Positions 38,946 to 52,703 of a stretch of DNA of 64,000 nucleotides are shown in pieces. A program made the position numbers and the translations under genes. Each line of letters opens with the position of its first letter. Positions within the stretch are counted from its first letter, which is position 1. A model generated the notes under the pieces. It saw nothing but the letters and a program-made list of their open reading frames with translations, searched no databases and was not told where the DNA came from. The stretch comes from Octopus vulgaris (lineage: Eukaryota): positions 69,006,001-69,070,000 of the forward strand of contig OX597821.1 of assembly GCA_951406725.2 (NCBI GenBank), in the 5' to 3' direction.

Positions 38946-39221
38946 GGTCCTTTTGCCGAACTGCTAAGTTAAGAGGATGTAAACACACTAACATCAGTTG
39001 TTAAGTAATGATGGAGTGGGGGGACAAACACAGACATACAAACACACACACACACACATACGATGGGCTTCTTTCAGTTTCTGTCAACCAAATCCACTCA
39101 TAAGGCTTTGGTTGGCCTGAGGCTATAGTAGAAAACACTTGCCCAAGATGCCATGCAGTGGGACTGAAGCTGGAATCATGTGCTTGGGAAGCAATCTTCT
39201 TACCAAACAGCCACTCCTGCG

Positions 39222-39258
<37 letters not shown>

Positions 39259-42200
39259 CTATATATATATATAAATGTAAGATTTAAGGATTGAGGTGTA
39301 GAAAGAAAGTTAGCTTCTGAGGTTCTGCTTGCTATGAAAACATATGTAGCTTGGATTTTATCTACCCCTTTCTTAACTCTTGCATATATAATATAATATG
39401 ATATATATGCACTAGACTATTCATGACCTGTTGTATCACCAGGAAACTCTGAGTTTCCAGCAATGAAATTTTGTTTTGTGGGTTTTTTCCTTTCCAAGTT
39501 ATTTTGCATGCTTTCAAAGAATGTGACATTGAAAGGTTAGAGTTTCTTTCCTTTTAGAATGAAGTTAAATTCAGAACATTTTCTCATTATGCACCGTTTT
39601 GGGTATTTATACCCCTAAACCCCAAATATCTCAATAATTATTGCTCCAATTTACACAAAACCTGTTTCATTCCATTTGTATTAACATTTCAGGGTAAAGT
39701 TAATTCATAGTATTTTCCCATTATGCTCCAGTTTGGCAGGGTAACATTGCAAGCAAGCAAGCAAGATACAAACTGACTTTTAATGTATTATAGATATATA
39801 TCTATATCTATACATACATGCATGCATACCTACATACATACATACATACATACATACACAACCTGACAATTTTTAAGGATGCAACCAAGTCTCCTCTATG
39901 AATCTTTTTTTGTTATTCCTAATTACGGCTATAGCGATATAGATTTCTGTGCATGGGTAAGTGTACCTTTTTTATTTCTAGGCTCTTACTATATGGCAGG
40001 TGAAGAGAAAAGACTTCAAGTCCAATTGCTATTTACAACTGATTTATTTACAGGAAAGGTGAAGTGTGCTACTCTCAGCTACCATCTTAAGCTCTGATAG
40101 TGTGGGTGCATTGCCTCTGGAGATAGATAGGCAGAAAACCTCTGCCAATGGTGGTGTTCAGCTAGTGCTGCTGTGTAGTGGCGCTGAAGAAGAGACAGGT
40201 CTGAATTGGTTTTCCGTTTATATAGTTTCCATCACAAGCCTCGTTGAGATCTCACGTATGACAAATGGATGCAGGTGAGGTCTCGCTCCAGTCTCAGAGA
40301 TGGCAATGGCTGCCACGAGAGCTCATCCAATATGGCACTGACTGCTTGTGCCGCTACAAGTTTAAGCCATGATCATCCCCTATATGTTTTCTTTTGCAAA
40401 TTTGTGTCCCAGTGTTAAACTGAGAAATTATAGTTTATGTCTGCCTATTCCCCCTGCACACAATCTGTCCTTGACAAATCTCTCCCTCACAACTTATCTT
40501 CCTTATATTCCACATTCCTTCACCCATATTCATTCACTGCATTCACCTCCCTCTCTTGTGAACTTACCTGCCCACTCACCCTATGCAGTCCTGTGTACCG
40601 CTTATGTTCATCTTCCTGTAACTTGAAGGTATGCCTCTGCACATCTTCACCACCATCTACTCTCTCTCTCATTTTCCAACTGCAGTAGCTATATATCTCC
40701 TCAACAGTAGACTCCTCTTTCTGTCCTTCTGTCATACTCTAACAGCTCATCACCTGGCACAAAGCTGCTCCCCTCAATACTATCCCCTACTCAATGGCAG
40801 TCTTGTTTTGCAAGTTACTTGGTAACCTCAGTGGTGCTGGTGCCAAGCAAAAAACATCCAGTCACTCAGTAAAATGATTGGCGTTAGGAAGGGCATTCTG
40901 CTGTTGAAACCATGCCAAAGCAGACAGTTGAATTTGATGCAGTCCTCTGGCTCAGCAGTTCCTGTTGAACTGTCCATCCCATGCCAGCATGGGAAGCAGA
41001 TATTAAATGATGACGATGTTGCTTATCTACAGGCCAACCCTTACTGAATAAGAGTTCAAGCCATGACCACCCTGTCTTTTTCTTTTTAGACATAGTATAT
41101 CTAGGACTATGTTATCCAGTGCGTCATTCCTTTTTTTAAGGCAGTAAGGTGTGATTAGAGAAGAAGATACAGTTGTTATATCTAGTGGTGTAATCAACCG
41201 TGTAGGGATCCCTAGTTGACAAAATTGCTATTATTAAAATAATTTAAGGTGAATTAGCTGAATTGCCGCGGAGTAAATATTGTTCTATATTTTTCTTCTA
41301 TGTTCTGATTTGGAATATTGTCAGAACTAATTTTTACCTTTGATCTTGTTACAATCAATAAGTACCAGCTATGTAGTAGGGTTGATTCAATAAACTGCGA
41401 TTGGAGATTGACGGAATCGTTAGAGCACGCACAAAATAATAATGCGGTATTTCGTAATAGGTTTTCATGTCGAGTTCAAATTCCTCCGAAATCGATTTTG
41501 CCAGTTAAACTTCCGTGGTGGAGGTGTTAATAAAATAAAGTTTCAGGGAAATATAGGGTCAATATAATCAGTTTTTCTTTTATCCTTAAATTTAAGGCTT
41601 TGTGTCTATGTCAGAAACGAAGGGCCATAACTAGCGGAATCGTTAGATCAACGGATTAAATGTCTTACAGTATTTGTTCGGGGGGTTACGTTCCGAGTTC
41701 AAATCGCGCCGGAGTCAATTTTGCCTTTAAATCTTTCTGGTATTGCTCTACCCGAAAATAAAATAAAAATCTGGCATTATGCCTACGTTAGAAACAGTTA
41801 TTATTATAATGACTTTTAACATATGTACAAAACCATAAATTATGTTTTAAGCAGTAAAAGTACTGCATTTGATGCTTCAGAGTAAAGTCCGATTTCCGGG
41901 GAAATTAGTGATTGTCTGCGTCTGCAACAGTTAGTCAACAGGAGAGTTCTAAGCAGAGTTCGATAAGTCCAAGTGACACGAGGAAGGAAAATATCGAACT
42001 CTTCTCCGAGTTCTAACAATTTGATGCTTTAGAATTAATGGTTCCTAGCCTAAATGTTCCGGGAGATTATTTACATGATTGATATAATAAATCAAAATTT
42101 ACAAAAGTAAACAGTAATTCCAACGAGATTGACTCCAATGTTTATCCTTCCAGATTCGATAAACAAGTACCAGTAAAATACTAAAAGTCGAAACAATCGA

Positions 42201-43239
42201 TTACACCTTTCTACATATTGGCGTTCTGCTTAGTCATAGAAACTTAGTAATAGTAGTAGTAGTTGTCGTTTAGGCCTAGGTCAGCCTTGATCAAGCATTC
42301 CAGTCGCAAACATCCCATTCTTTTAGCAATACATTAATTTACTGTGTAATTTCCTTTACTAAGACTGTAGGGCGCGACTTGACTGCGGTTTCTAGTAGGT
42401 CGAACGACTACACAGAGGTTCTTCTTTGGGTATTAGTACTAGTAGTAGGAATAGTAGCAGTACCCTGGTCCAGTGTTCGAAATTGACATGCCATAGTCTC
42501 GTGTATGTCAGGAAATGATGATTCTAAACCGCCTTCCGCTTCTGTATTTAACACTTACTCTTTCATTGTCTAAGCTCCCCTTCATACACATGTTTACCCC
42601 TATTACTTCTCCATACCTCGCTGCAAGCACCGAACTGCCTTCAAACTGCTCCTATTCCTCTCTGTTGTCATACTAGAGCTGTTCCCTTCGTCTCTCTGTG
42701 TTCCCTTTTCTACGACATTCTCACTCTATCAAACCAATCTATCTTTCTCTTTTCGCCTCTCTTTCCATATGTCCCACCCTTAAATTTCTTCGTACCTACT
42801 TTCTCTCTTTCTTTTTCATTTCAAAATATCCCTCCTTTAGTACATTTCTCTATCTCTCTCTCTCTCTTTATGAACATGTTTTCTCTCTAGCTGTGTTTAA
42901 TTTTCCTTTTGCTTATTTTCTCCCTTAATTTCTCAATGCCTATTTTTCACACCTTCTCTTTTTCTCCCTAAATCTCTTTAAACATCGTTCTCTCTCTACA
43001 TATCTGTTTTTCTATCTTCTTTCTGTTTCCTCATGTTCGTTCACCTCACAACACCCCTCTCATGTTTCTCTCTGTATTTTTCTCGCCTTCTATTCTTCTA
43101 TCTATCGTTCAACACTTCCACTTGGTATTTCTTTTTATTTCTTTCTTTCAATCACATTCTATCTCTTCCTCTTTATATCTTAACCGTTCCCCCCTCTCTT
43201 TATTCTTACTCTTTCCTTTCTCTGTTCCCTCCACTCCTT

Positions 43240-43330
43240 CGCTCAATCTATGTTACTTCCTCTCTTTCTCCCTCTCTCCCTCCTCCCTCTTCCCCCGTCT
43301 GTAATAGCAAAGACGTCAAGATGGCGCCAG
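43240..43330 (+). promoter_or_regulatory. Putative Abl core promoter / TSS region
   Basis: End of a ~700-bp pyrimidine tract, then CRE-like GACGTCA overlapping YY1-like CAAGATGGCG (43317-43326); non-repetitive, CpG-retaining, 1.1 kb upstream of the Abl ATG. Confidence 0.5.
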
Positions 43331-43615
43331 CCACACAACCAAGGAAATAGCCAACAGTGCCTCTCGTTTACCCCTTCAATGGATGAAATTCGGCTTTATC
43401 TGGCCACTAAATAAGATCCAGTTTGTGGCCAGATATTTACCCTGGTGCTGTTAGCATTTGTTTTCGACGGCAGGACGGAAATGCTAGTTGAAACACAAGT
43501 CCAGTTCCAGTCACACTCCTCCATCCAGTTGAAAATGAAGCTCCGCTCTTGTTAGCATGCTACTACTATTACTATTACTATGATATTGTGTAGTCAGTTG
43601 TAGACCGACTGTGTT
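43300..43615 (+). other. Putative non-coding 5' exon of Abl containing a 9-codon uORF (43321-43350, MAPATQPRK*)
   Basis: Unique sequence ending at possible donor GTAAGA (43616); possible acceptor ...CATAG at ~44358 before the coding exon. Confidence 0.35.
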
Positions 43616-44170
43616 GTAAGAAAACCCAAGCTCTCTCATTCTCCCATGATCACACTTACACACTAATAGAAAGCTTTAGAAATATATGTAAATATATATA
43701 TATATATATATATTTATTTATATACATATCCACATTTACATGCCTATATACGCAATCATCTTCTGACATCTGTTTTGATTATTTTAGTCCTCATTTAAAA
43801 AGAAAAAAGCTTTCCTATAATATATGTATCTTAGATGTTATATATATTCAACGAGCAGCTGGGCAGGTGTCACCCTGTTAGGTACATATATATATACAAA
43901 CACACATTCATTGGGAGTGAGAGAGTAACATGGTCAAGATGTGGTACTGCTATCCACTGGGAAGCCAAGAACTGGCCATTGGCGATGTGTAGACACACAG
44001 ATTTACATTATCAATAGGCACTTACTAATTATACAAACATTCATATATATACATACATATTCTCACTCATGTATATATATGTACACATGTATGTACATAC
44101 ATGTATATATAAACACATAGGACTTAATCTCACATACACTTGTATATAAATAAACTAGGTCTTTAGGGTG

Positions 44171-44226
<56 letters not shown>

Positions 44227-44454
44227 CATATATATATATACACATGTATATATAATAAATATATACCCATCCATCCATCTAGCTAATTATCGTATTTACA
44301 TTTATACATACACATAATATCTATATTTATGGTATGTATGTATATGCATATACATAGATACCATAAATCTGTTCAACACGCCCTGGTGGATTATTAAAGA
44401 AAAAAGGGAAGAATATTACACAGTTACCATCATCCCCCAAACAATAACAAGAAA

Positions 44455-44566
44455 ATGGGAGCTCAACAGACCAAAGAACCAAGATCGTCCAGTTCTGGGA
44501 AAAGTAAAGTACCGAAGACAAAAGAACCACGGATCTCCTCTGGAAATATTTTTGCAGAGCACAATG
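44455..44566 (+). CDS. Abl: Abl-family non-receptor tyrosine kinase, first coding exon (myristoylated 1b-type N-terminal cap); rest of gene outside window
   Basis: Translates to MGAQQTKEPRSSSSGKSKVPKTKEPRISSGNIFAEHN+G followed by a consensus donor GTAAGT (phase 1). Matches recalled Drosophila Abl (MGAQQ...NIFTEHN) and human ABL1b (MGQQ...NVFVEH|E, also phase 1). MGxxxT myristoylation consensus; A at -3. Confidence 0.9.
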
Positions 44567-44919
44567 GTAAGTAACATCCTCCCCGTTCCCTACACCAGCC
44601 TGTATATTAAACCACGCCACTTGGTATCCCTCACCCCGCCTTCATTCATTACCTAGTACAACACCAACGTTGATGCTATTTTATAACTATTATTATTATT
44701 ATTATTGTTGCTGTTATTTTTTCCCTGTGATTTGTGGATTATAGATTAAGCCGATCGATTTCCCATCCCTTTTTGGTGTTCTTTATCCTTATCCACCATA
44801 ATTCTCCATCCTTTACAAACTCTTCATCATTTCGTCCCCTTGCAACTCCCCTATCTTTCTTCCTTCCACTGATGTCGTGTTTTACTACAAAATACTTAAA
44901 TCCATCCCAACGTGTGTTA

Positions 44920-44966
<47 letters not shown>

Positions 44967-45069
44967 ATGTATGTATACTCTTACATATACATACACGTAT
45001 ATTTGTATATATATATATATGTGTGTGTGTGTATGTATGTATACTCTTACATATACATACACGTATATT

Positions 45070-45112
<43 letters not shown>

Positions 45113-46021
45113 GTATTTTTATACATAAACATGTATTTATATACACACATACGTGTGTGTGTGTGTATACATATATACACACATACGCATACGCAGGTGT
45201 ATGTATAGATGTATATCTATTTATTACATAGATTTGTATATCTATCTATTATAAAATCTGTCAGTCGATCACTATATTTCAGACATTTAATATGCCATTA
45301 GCTATGGATTCGTCTAAGATCTAGTTATCTATTTAACTATTCGTATCGTTGTACCTTTTTTTTTAAACATAAATTTTATATTTTATTTCGATCTCCGTCT
45401 ATATATCTAGGTGTGTGTGTGTATCTGTCATTCATTCCATATCCTATCTCCAGGCCCCGTACAAGCAAACCAAGCTATCAGTTCTTTCTTCACAACGCCC
45501 TCCTCCCTTCCCTCCCATTTACCATTATGTCTTCAACTGTTTCCTGCGAGTCCACCTGTATTTTCGGTTGTTCCTGGCTTTAGCCCACTTCTCAATCTAT
45601 CCAGCTTGGGGGGCGAACACAAAACCGATCCTACTATTCCAGTAGGAACACAAGTCTTTGTACTATACACATTGCGTGTTCATAACATTACTCAGTTCAA
45701 ACGTATTATTATATACCCTTATTGGTTAATATATATATATATGTGTGTGTGTGTGTGTAACTGAGGAGCAAATATATTTTCTACATTCACGCACACATAT
45801 ATTTATACTTGGTGTGTGTAAAGATTGTACATAAATAAAAACGGATATATCTGTAAGAGAATGTATATGCTGAGTATGTATGTATGTGTGTGTGTGTGCG
45901 TGCGCACACACACACCCAGGCGGCCCGGCCGGGATCGATTCCCAGCATGGGAACTCATAATTTCAAGGTGGTGCCCCTGCATGGCCGCAGTCTTATGACT
46001 GAAACAAATAGAAGATAAAAA

Positions 46022-46077
<56 letters not shown>

Positions 46078-46444
46078 TATTTATGACTATATATGAGAAC
46101 GTGTAAATCTATATAAGAATGTATGTATATGTGTGTGTGTATAAAAGTATATATATGTAAGAGTACGTATATTTAGGTAATTTTATGTTTGAATGTAAAA
46201 TTAATATATCAGAATATATTTCTATGTATGTAAATTTATATAAAACAAATATATATATATATATATAGGTATAATTATATTTGTATAAAACATACATGTA
46301 CGTATAAGTATATTTATATTAGAATTTATAAATGTGTAAACATACAAACACATACCATCATTTGACGTCCAGTCTTTCATGCTTACATGGGTCAGGTGGA
46401 TAATATTTCCTATGGCCATATATATATATATATATATATATATA

Positions 46445-46641
46445 CTTTTATTTGTTTCAGTCATTTAGCTGCGGCCATGCTGGAGCACCGCCTTTTAGTC
46501 GGACAAATCGACTCCAGGACTTATTCATTGTAAGCCTAGTACATATTCTATCGGATCTTGTTGCCGAACTGCTAAGTTACGGGGGCGTAAATTCACCAGC
46601 ATCGGTTGTCAAGCGATGATGGGGGGACAACTACAGACACA

Positions 46642-46690
<49 letters not shown>

Positions 46691-46825
46691 GCGATAGGCT
46701 TCTTTCAGGTTCTGTCTACCAAATCCACTCACAAGGCTTTGGTAGGAGACACTTGCCCAAGGTGCCAAGCAATGGGACTGAACCCGGAACCGTGTGGTTG
46801 GTAAGCAAGCTACTTACCACACAGC

Positions 46826-46826
<1 letters not shown>
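46445..46826 (-). mobile_element. Family A SINE in Abl intron 1
   Basis: Family motifs, internal (TA)n. Confidence 0.85.
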
Positions 46827-46879
<53 letters not shown>

Positions 46880-48296
46880 GCACACACACACATGTTCAGA
46901 CATGTATAGATATATACTTATATATATAATCATTTTATTGTCCCCTTTTCCATGCTTGCATGGATCACATGCGGTTTATGGAGACAGATTTTCTGTGCCT
47001 GGATGCCCTTCCTGTCACCAATCCTCACTAGTTTCCAAGCAAGATGGTATTTTCACATAGCCAGACATGTCCACACAGAATATTTGAAATGAATGAAACT
47101 GCTTGTATGGCAGTGACACTAATTTTTACAACTATCACGTGATATCAGGACAAGGAGACACAAACGTATACATACATACATTACACACACACACATACAT
47201 ACATATATACATAAAAAGTTTCATTCAGTTTCCTTTTACCAATCCATTCACAAAGCTTGCCCAAGGTGCAATGCAGTGGGACTGAAACCGGAACCTTGTG
47301 GTTGGGAGGCAAACTTCTTACCGCACAGTCACACCTGTGCCTCACACACACACATGATGGGCTTCTTTCAGTTTCTTATTTCTTTACTGCCCGCAAGGGG
47401 CTACACACAGTGGGGATAAACAAGGACAGATAAACGGATTAAGTCGATTATAACGACTCCAGTGCGTAACTGGTACTTATTTAATCGACCCCCGAAAGGA
47501 CGAAAGGTAAAGTTGACCTCGGTGGAATTTGAACTCAGAACGTAGTGGCAGACGAAATACCACTAAGCATTTCGCCCGGCTTGCTAACTTTTCTGCCAGG
47601 TTGCTGCCTTTCAGTTTCTATCTACCAAATCCAGTCACATATGTTTGGTCACTCTGGGGCTGTGGTAGAAAACGTCTGGAAGCTAGTGCTTGGGAAGCAA
47701 GCTCCTTAGCCATGCACATGGATATATGCCACTTTTTAAAATGTTTTAATGTCCACTTTTCCATGCGCCATGCTTGATGGAACTGATAGAATTCATCAAG
47801 GCAGGTTTTCTGTAGCTGGACACCTTTCCTGTTGCCAATTCTCAGTTGTTTCCAAGCGAAGTAATATTTCCTTGTGGTTATACTTGCTTGACTGATGTTC
47901 AGTGCCTGATATCAAGACAATGGTATACACAAACATGTTTAGACACAAATATGTATATAAATATATATATTTATATAAACGATGAGCTTCTTTCAGTTTT
48001 CTACCTTATCCAATGGTAAGACATTGGTCAGTCTAGAACTGGCTTAAGGTGCCACACCATAGGATTGAACCCAAAACCACATGGTTGGGATGCAAACTTC
48101 TCAACCACACATCCATCCATCCTGTGCCTATATATATATAGCACCCACTACACTCACGGAGTGGTTGGCGTTAGGAAGGGCATCCAGCCGTAGAAACACT
48201 GCCAGATTTGACTGGGCCTGATGAAGCCTTCTGGCTTCACAGACCCCAGCAGAACCGTCCAACCCATGCTAGCATAAAACGGACGTATATGAAATG

Positions 48297-48594
48297 ATAT
48301 TATTAGAGACAAAACCACTATTTTGCAAAACAAACAAGGAAAGACTTAATCAATACATAAAATTTTAATAAATAGTCAAAAAAACCGCCACTACAATCGT
48401 TTCTTGTCTTGATCGACAATCTTCAGGTGGACTTCAATAAGTCAGTTGACTTATTGAAGTCCACCTGAAGATTGTCGATCAAGACAAGAAACGATTGTAG
48501 TGGCGGTTTTTTTGACTATTTATTAAAATTTTATGTATTGATTAAGTCTTTCCTTGTTTGTTTTGCAAAATAGTGGTTTTGTCTCTAATAATAT
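48297..48594. repeat. Perfect palindrome (148-bp arms, 2-nt spacer) with a complete hammerhead in each arm
   Basis: Centre GTCA-GT-TGAC at 48441-48450; arms reverse-complementary by inspection. Confidence 0.92.
48461..48503 (+). ncRNA. Type-I hammerhead ribozyme (H7), intact core; mirror copy 48388-48430 (-)
   Basis: CCAC-CTGAAGA-TTGTC(GATCAA)GACAA-GAAA-CGATTG-TA|GTGG: stem I CCAC/GUGG, 5-bp stem II, near-palindromic helix III, GUA site. Confidence 0.85.
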
Positions 48595-48909
48595 TTTATA
48601 ATATTTTACTATAAAATTGGATTTAATCCTAAATCTGATTTTTTTCCCTGTAAATTTGGATTTATTCCCTAATATTTATTATTATATATATATATATATA
48701 TTTATTTATATACACATACATACATGCACAGATGTGTGTGTGTAGGCGTTTGGAACACAAATCTATGTTTATATATACATACACACATGTATATGTATAT
48801 ATATATATATGTAGATAAATAGATATGTATATTGCATATACATAAATATGTATGTACATATATCGGATGTGTATTTATATGTGCAGTGTGTATATTATTC
48901 ATATACAAA

Positions 48910-50230
48910 CAAAGGTTTTACCAGATGTTCAGCAAAAGTGGGCATAATATATCTATGAGCTTGACATAGGTTATTCAAATTGCACATGTTGGTGGAATAA
49001 CTCTTCTTCCTATTCTACATTGTAGGGAAATAATGAGTCTGAAGCAGGAGCAATGTGTTGCCATTTAGATCTTGATGAAAAAGGGGTGCAGAATATCTGA
49101 TATTCACAGAAAACTACATGTTGTTTACAAGGATGCACCATTAACAAGTCCAGTGTACAGAAACGGATGAGGTTTAAAAGGGCAACCAGTATTGAAGACA
49201 GACCATGTTGCAGGGGACCTTCAACTTTGATCACGGATATGAATTGTCCGTCAGGGAAGATGGTGCAGAATGTCTGATATTCACAGAAAGCCATGTGTTG
49301 TTTACAAGGATGCACCATTAACAAGTCCACTGTACAGAAGTGGATGAGGTTTAAAAGGGAAACCAGAATTGAAGACAGACCATGCAGCAGGGTCTTTGAT
49401 CACGGATATGAATTGTCCGTCAGGGTGGACAAATTAATTTGCATACATTACTGCACAGCTGGATTGTGGTCATAGTACAGTACTGAAGATGGGGGAACAC
49501 TTTGAGTATCAGAAAGTGTGTACAAAGTAGGTACCTTGGTAGTTGGCTTCTGATTTGAAGGAGAGAAGGGTGCAAGTTTACTCTGATCTATTGGAAGCCA
49601 ATGAAGACATTTTTTTTTCAGATCTAGCAAAAGGGATGAAATGTGGCAGTATCTTTATAATCCAGAGGTAGAAAATCAGTCCATGAAATGGTGTTACAGT
49701 TCTTCTATTAGGCCTAAGGATTTCAAGAGCCAACACCCAGCAGAGGATGTTATGGTGACTGATTTTTGGAATGACAAGGGCAGCATTTTTGGGCATCATT
49801 ATCTGAATTTTTACTGGAATGTAGCAACACTTTGAAATGTGAGCAGTGCATTGAGACTTTCAAAAGATCTAGCAAAAGGGATGAAATGTGGCAGTATCTT
49901 TATAATCCAGAGGTAGAAAATCAGTCCATGAAATGGTGTTACAGCTCTTCTACTAGGCCTAAGGATTTCAAGAGCCAACACCCAGCAGAGGATGTTATGG
50001 TGACTGATTTTTGGCATGACAAGGGCAGCATTTTTGGGCATCATTATCTGAATTTTTACTGGAATGTAGCAACACTTTGAAATGTGAGCAGTGCATTGAG
50101 ACTTTCAAAAAGTTTACTGAAGCCATTAGTAGAAAGAGCTTGAACAAGAATCTGAAACTGATTCACATTGGCACATGCATTTTTGGGTACCAATCAGGCA
50201 GGATGTGAAATGGGATTCACTGTTTGGTGA
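48910..50230 (+). mobile_element. Decayed mariner (DD34D-type) transposon with internal tandem duplications
   Basis: RDEMWQYLYNPEVENQSMKW...VMVTDFWNDKG resembles TGDE.W..Y.PE...QS..W / KVM.TVFWD..G; duplications 49085-49420 and 49620-50109. Confidence 0.75.
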
Positions 50231-51432
50231 GTGAATCAGAATAAACCATATAGATATATATGACTAATATAGATATGGCTACCTAATCTATTTCTTGCTC
50301 TCCCTCTTTGTGTTTGTGTGCATATCATCATCATCATCATCCTTCCATTGTCTCTGCTGGCTTGGGTTTGGTGCTTTGACCAGGGCTGGTAAGCCAAGGG
50401 GCTGCACCAGATATCAGTCTGATTTGGCATGGTTTCTACGGCTGGATGTCCTTCCCAAAACCAACCACTCCAAGAGTGTAATGGGTGTTTTCACATGTCA
50501 CCGGCATGAGTGCCAGTTGCATGATACTAGTATCCGCCATGGCTATGATTTCATTTGGTTTAATGGGTCTTCTCAAATATGGCACATTACCAAAGGTCTC
50601 AGTCATTTGTCATTGCCTCTGAGACATGTATATAGATATGTGTGTGTGCTTGTTTTTGTATGCACACACACACACACACACACATCATCATCATAAAAAA
50701 TTTTTTAATGCCAACTTTCCTATGCTCATATGGGTTAGATGAAATTTGTTGAGGTAGATTTTTTTTTACAGCCAGAAGCTTTCCCTATCACCAACCCTCA
50801 TCTGTTTCTAAGTAAGGTATAATTTCTTCATGACCAGACATATTTTCATGGAACATTGAAATCAAAGGAAACTGATTGTATAACTGTGACGTGTTTTCAA
50901 CTACCACACAAAGTCAAGGCAAGGAAATAACAAACACCTGCACATGCCCTCATATACATACATGCTGACACATACTGGAACACACACCAACACACACTAG
51001 CACACACACACACACACATATGATTGGCTTTTTTAGTTTCCTTTGATTAAATCCACCCATAAGGCTTTGGTTGACCCAGGGCTATAGAAGAAAATGCTTG
51101 CTCATGTATATATCTGTTTCTTTATTACCCACAAGGGGCTAAACATAGAGGGGACAAACAAGAACAGACAAACGGATTAAGTCGATTACATCGACCCCAG
51201 TGCTTAACTGGTACTTAATTTATCGACCCCGAAAGGATGAAAGGCAAAGTCGACCTCGGCGTGATTTGAACTCTGAACGTAACGGCAGACGAAATACGGC
51301 TACGCATTTCGCCCGGCGTGCTAATGTTTCTGCCAGCTCGCCGCCTTACTCTCATACGCTCATGTATATATCTATGTATATATACATGTATTATGTATAC
51401 ATGCATGTATATATGTATATAAATATATATAC

Positions 51433-51590
51433 TGGAGTAAGTATATAAATGTGAAGCAAGGTGGGAAAAAATAGTACTCGAATACCAAGGTAGAGTAATA
51501 TGCTTTATTATTAAAGCTGCAAAAACATCATAAGAAATCGCAAAAAACTGCTACTCAGAGTTTCATGTTCCCGTTTCTTAGACAGTTTTG
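51433..51590 (-). mobile_element. PLE-like tail with degenerate hammerhead (H4, 51543-51589)
   Basis: Reverse complement AAAACTGT-CTAAGAA-ACGGGAACAT-GAAA-CTCTGAG-TA|GCAGTTTT; tail homologous to 28480-28573. Confidence 0.6.
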
Positions 51591-52339
51591 ATTGAGAAAC
51601 AGACACCCATACACTCAGCCACTCCTCCCAACACCACAAACATACGCTTTTTTTAGTTTCCATCTACCAGATCCACTCACAAGGCTTTTGTTGATTCAGG
51701 GCTATAGTAGAAAACACTTGCACATATATATTTATGTACATATACATATATTTATTTATACATGCATGTATATATATATATATAGTCACTATGAGGATAT
51801 TTAGACCTCTTATAGGGATATTTTTTTATCCAAGATATGCTGGTTTAATATATTGTATTTTGAAGAGGTATTTCTTCAATGAATATCTTATAAATGATCA
51901 AATATTATTTTGAAAATGGAGTGAGTCAGTGGATATAAATTAATTTATTTATTAATTATCATTGTTACCTACAATTGTTTCATTTCACTCCCAAATTAAA
52001 TTGCAAAACATATATGAATATATAAGTTTGCATTTCAAAATACTTTGGGTGGAAAATCTTCAGGGCATGAAAAAGGACAATACAGAGAGATTACATTTTG
52101 ATCAGTTGAAATACTCCAATAGACTAAGAATACATAAGCATGTTTATTATGTGTGTGTGTGCACTCATGCGTTAATATTATTGAATTTCTCCATTTTGAA
52201 ACAGTCGTACTGCATTACTTACTTGATATCCTGTTGCTTATTTTGATTTTATTCACCTTACTTTGAGCTGTGCTGATAATACCGTACTGACTTTGTGCTT
52301 CAACTTAAGTACCTAATTCAACTGAATCTCAATTATTTG

Positions 52340-52371
<32 letters not shown>

Positions 52372-52620
52372 TTGGAAGAGGATATGTGGCTTTCAATCAT
52401 ATAATAATATATATATATATACATGTGTATATGTACATACTTACATATATATGTATGCATATGTGGGCCAGGACGTTATGAAGCACGTACAACAAAAAAT
52501 ACGAAATACGAGAACATGGAATATGAACTATTTTTTTGAACAACGAAAGACACAAATGGAAAACAAGACAAACAATGTATTTTTTGTTGTACATGTTTCA
52601 CAACGTCCTGTGCCCACATA

Positions 52621-52660
<40 letters not shown>

Positions 52661-52703
52661 CATAGATGTAAGTATGTACATATACATATGTATATATGCA
52701 TAT

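Noticed and set aside
39879-40360. Exon-like segment with GTAAGT and polypyrimidine-AG
   Set aside because: No recognisable peptide; intervening 'intron' only ~30 nt; looks like decayed LINE sequence
44734-45231. Y/I/V/C/H/T-rich ORFs here and throughout the window
   Set aside because: Translations of (TA)n/(TG)n microsatellites
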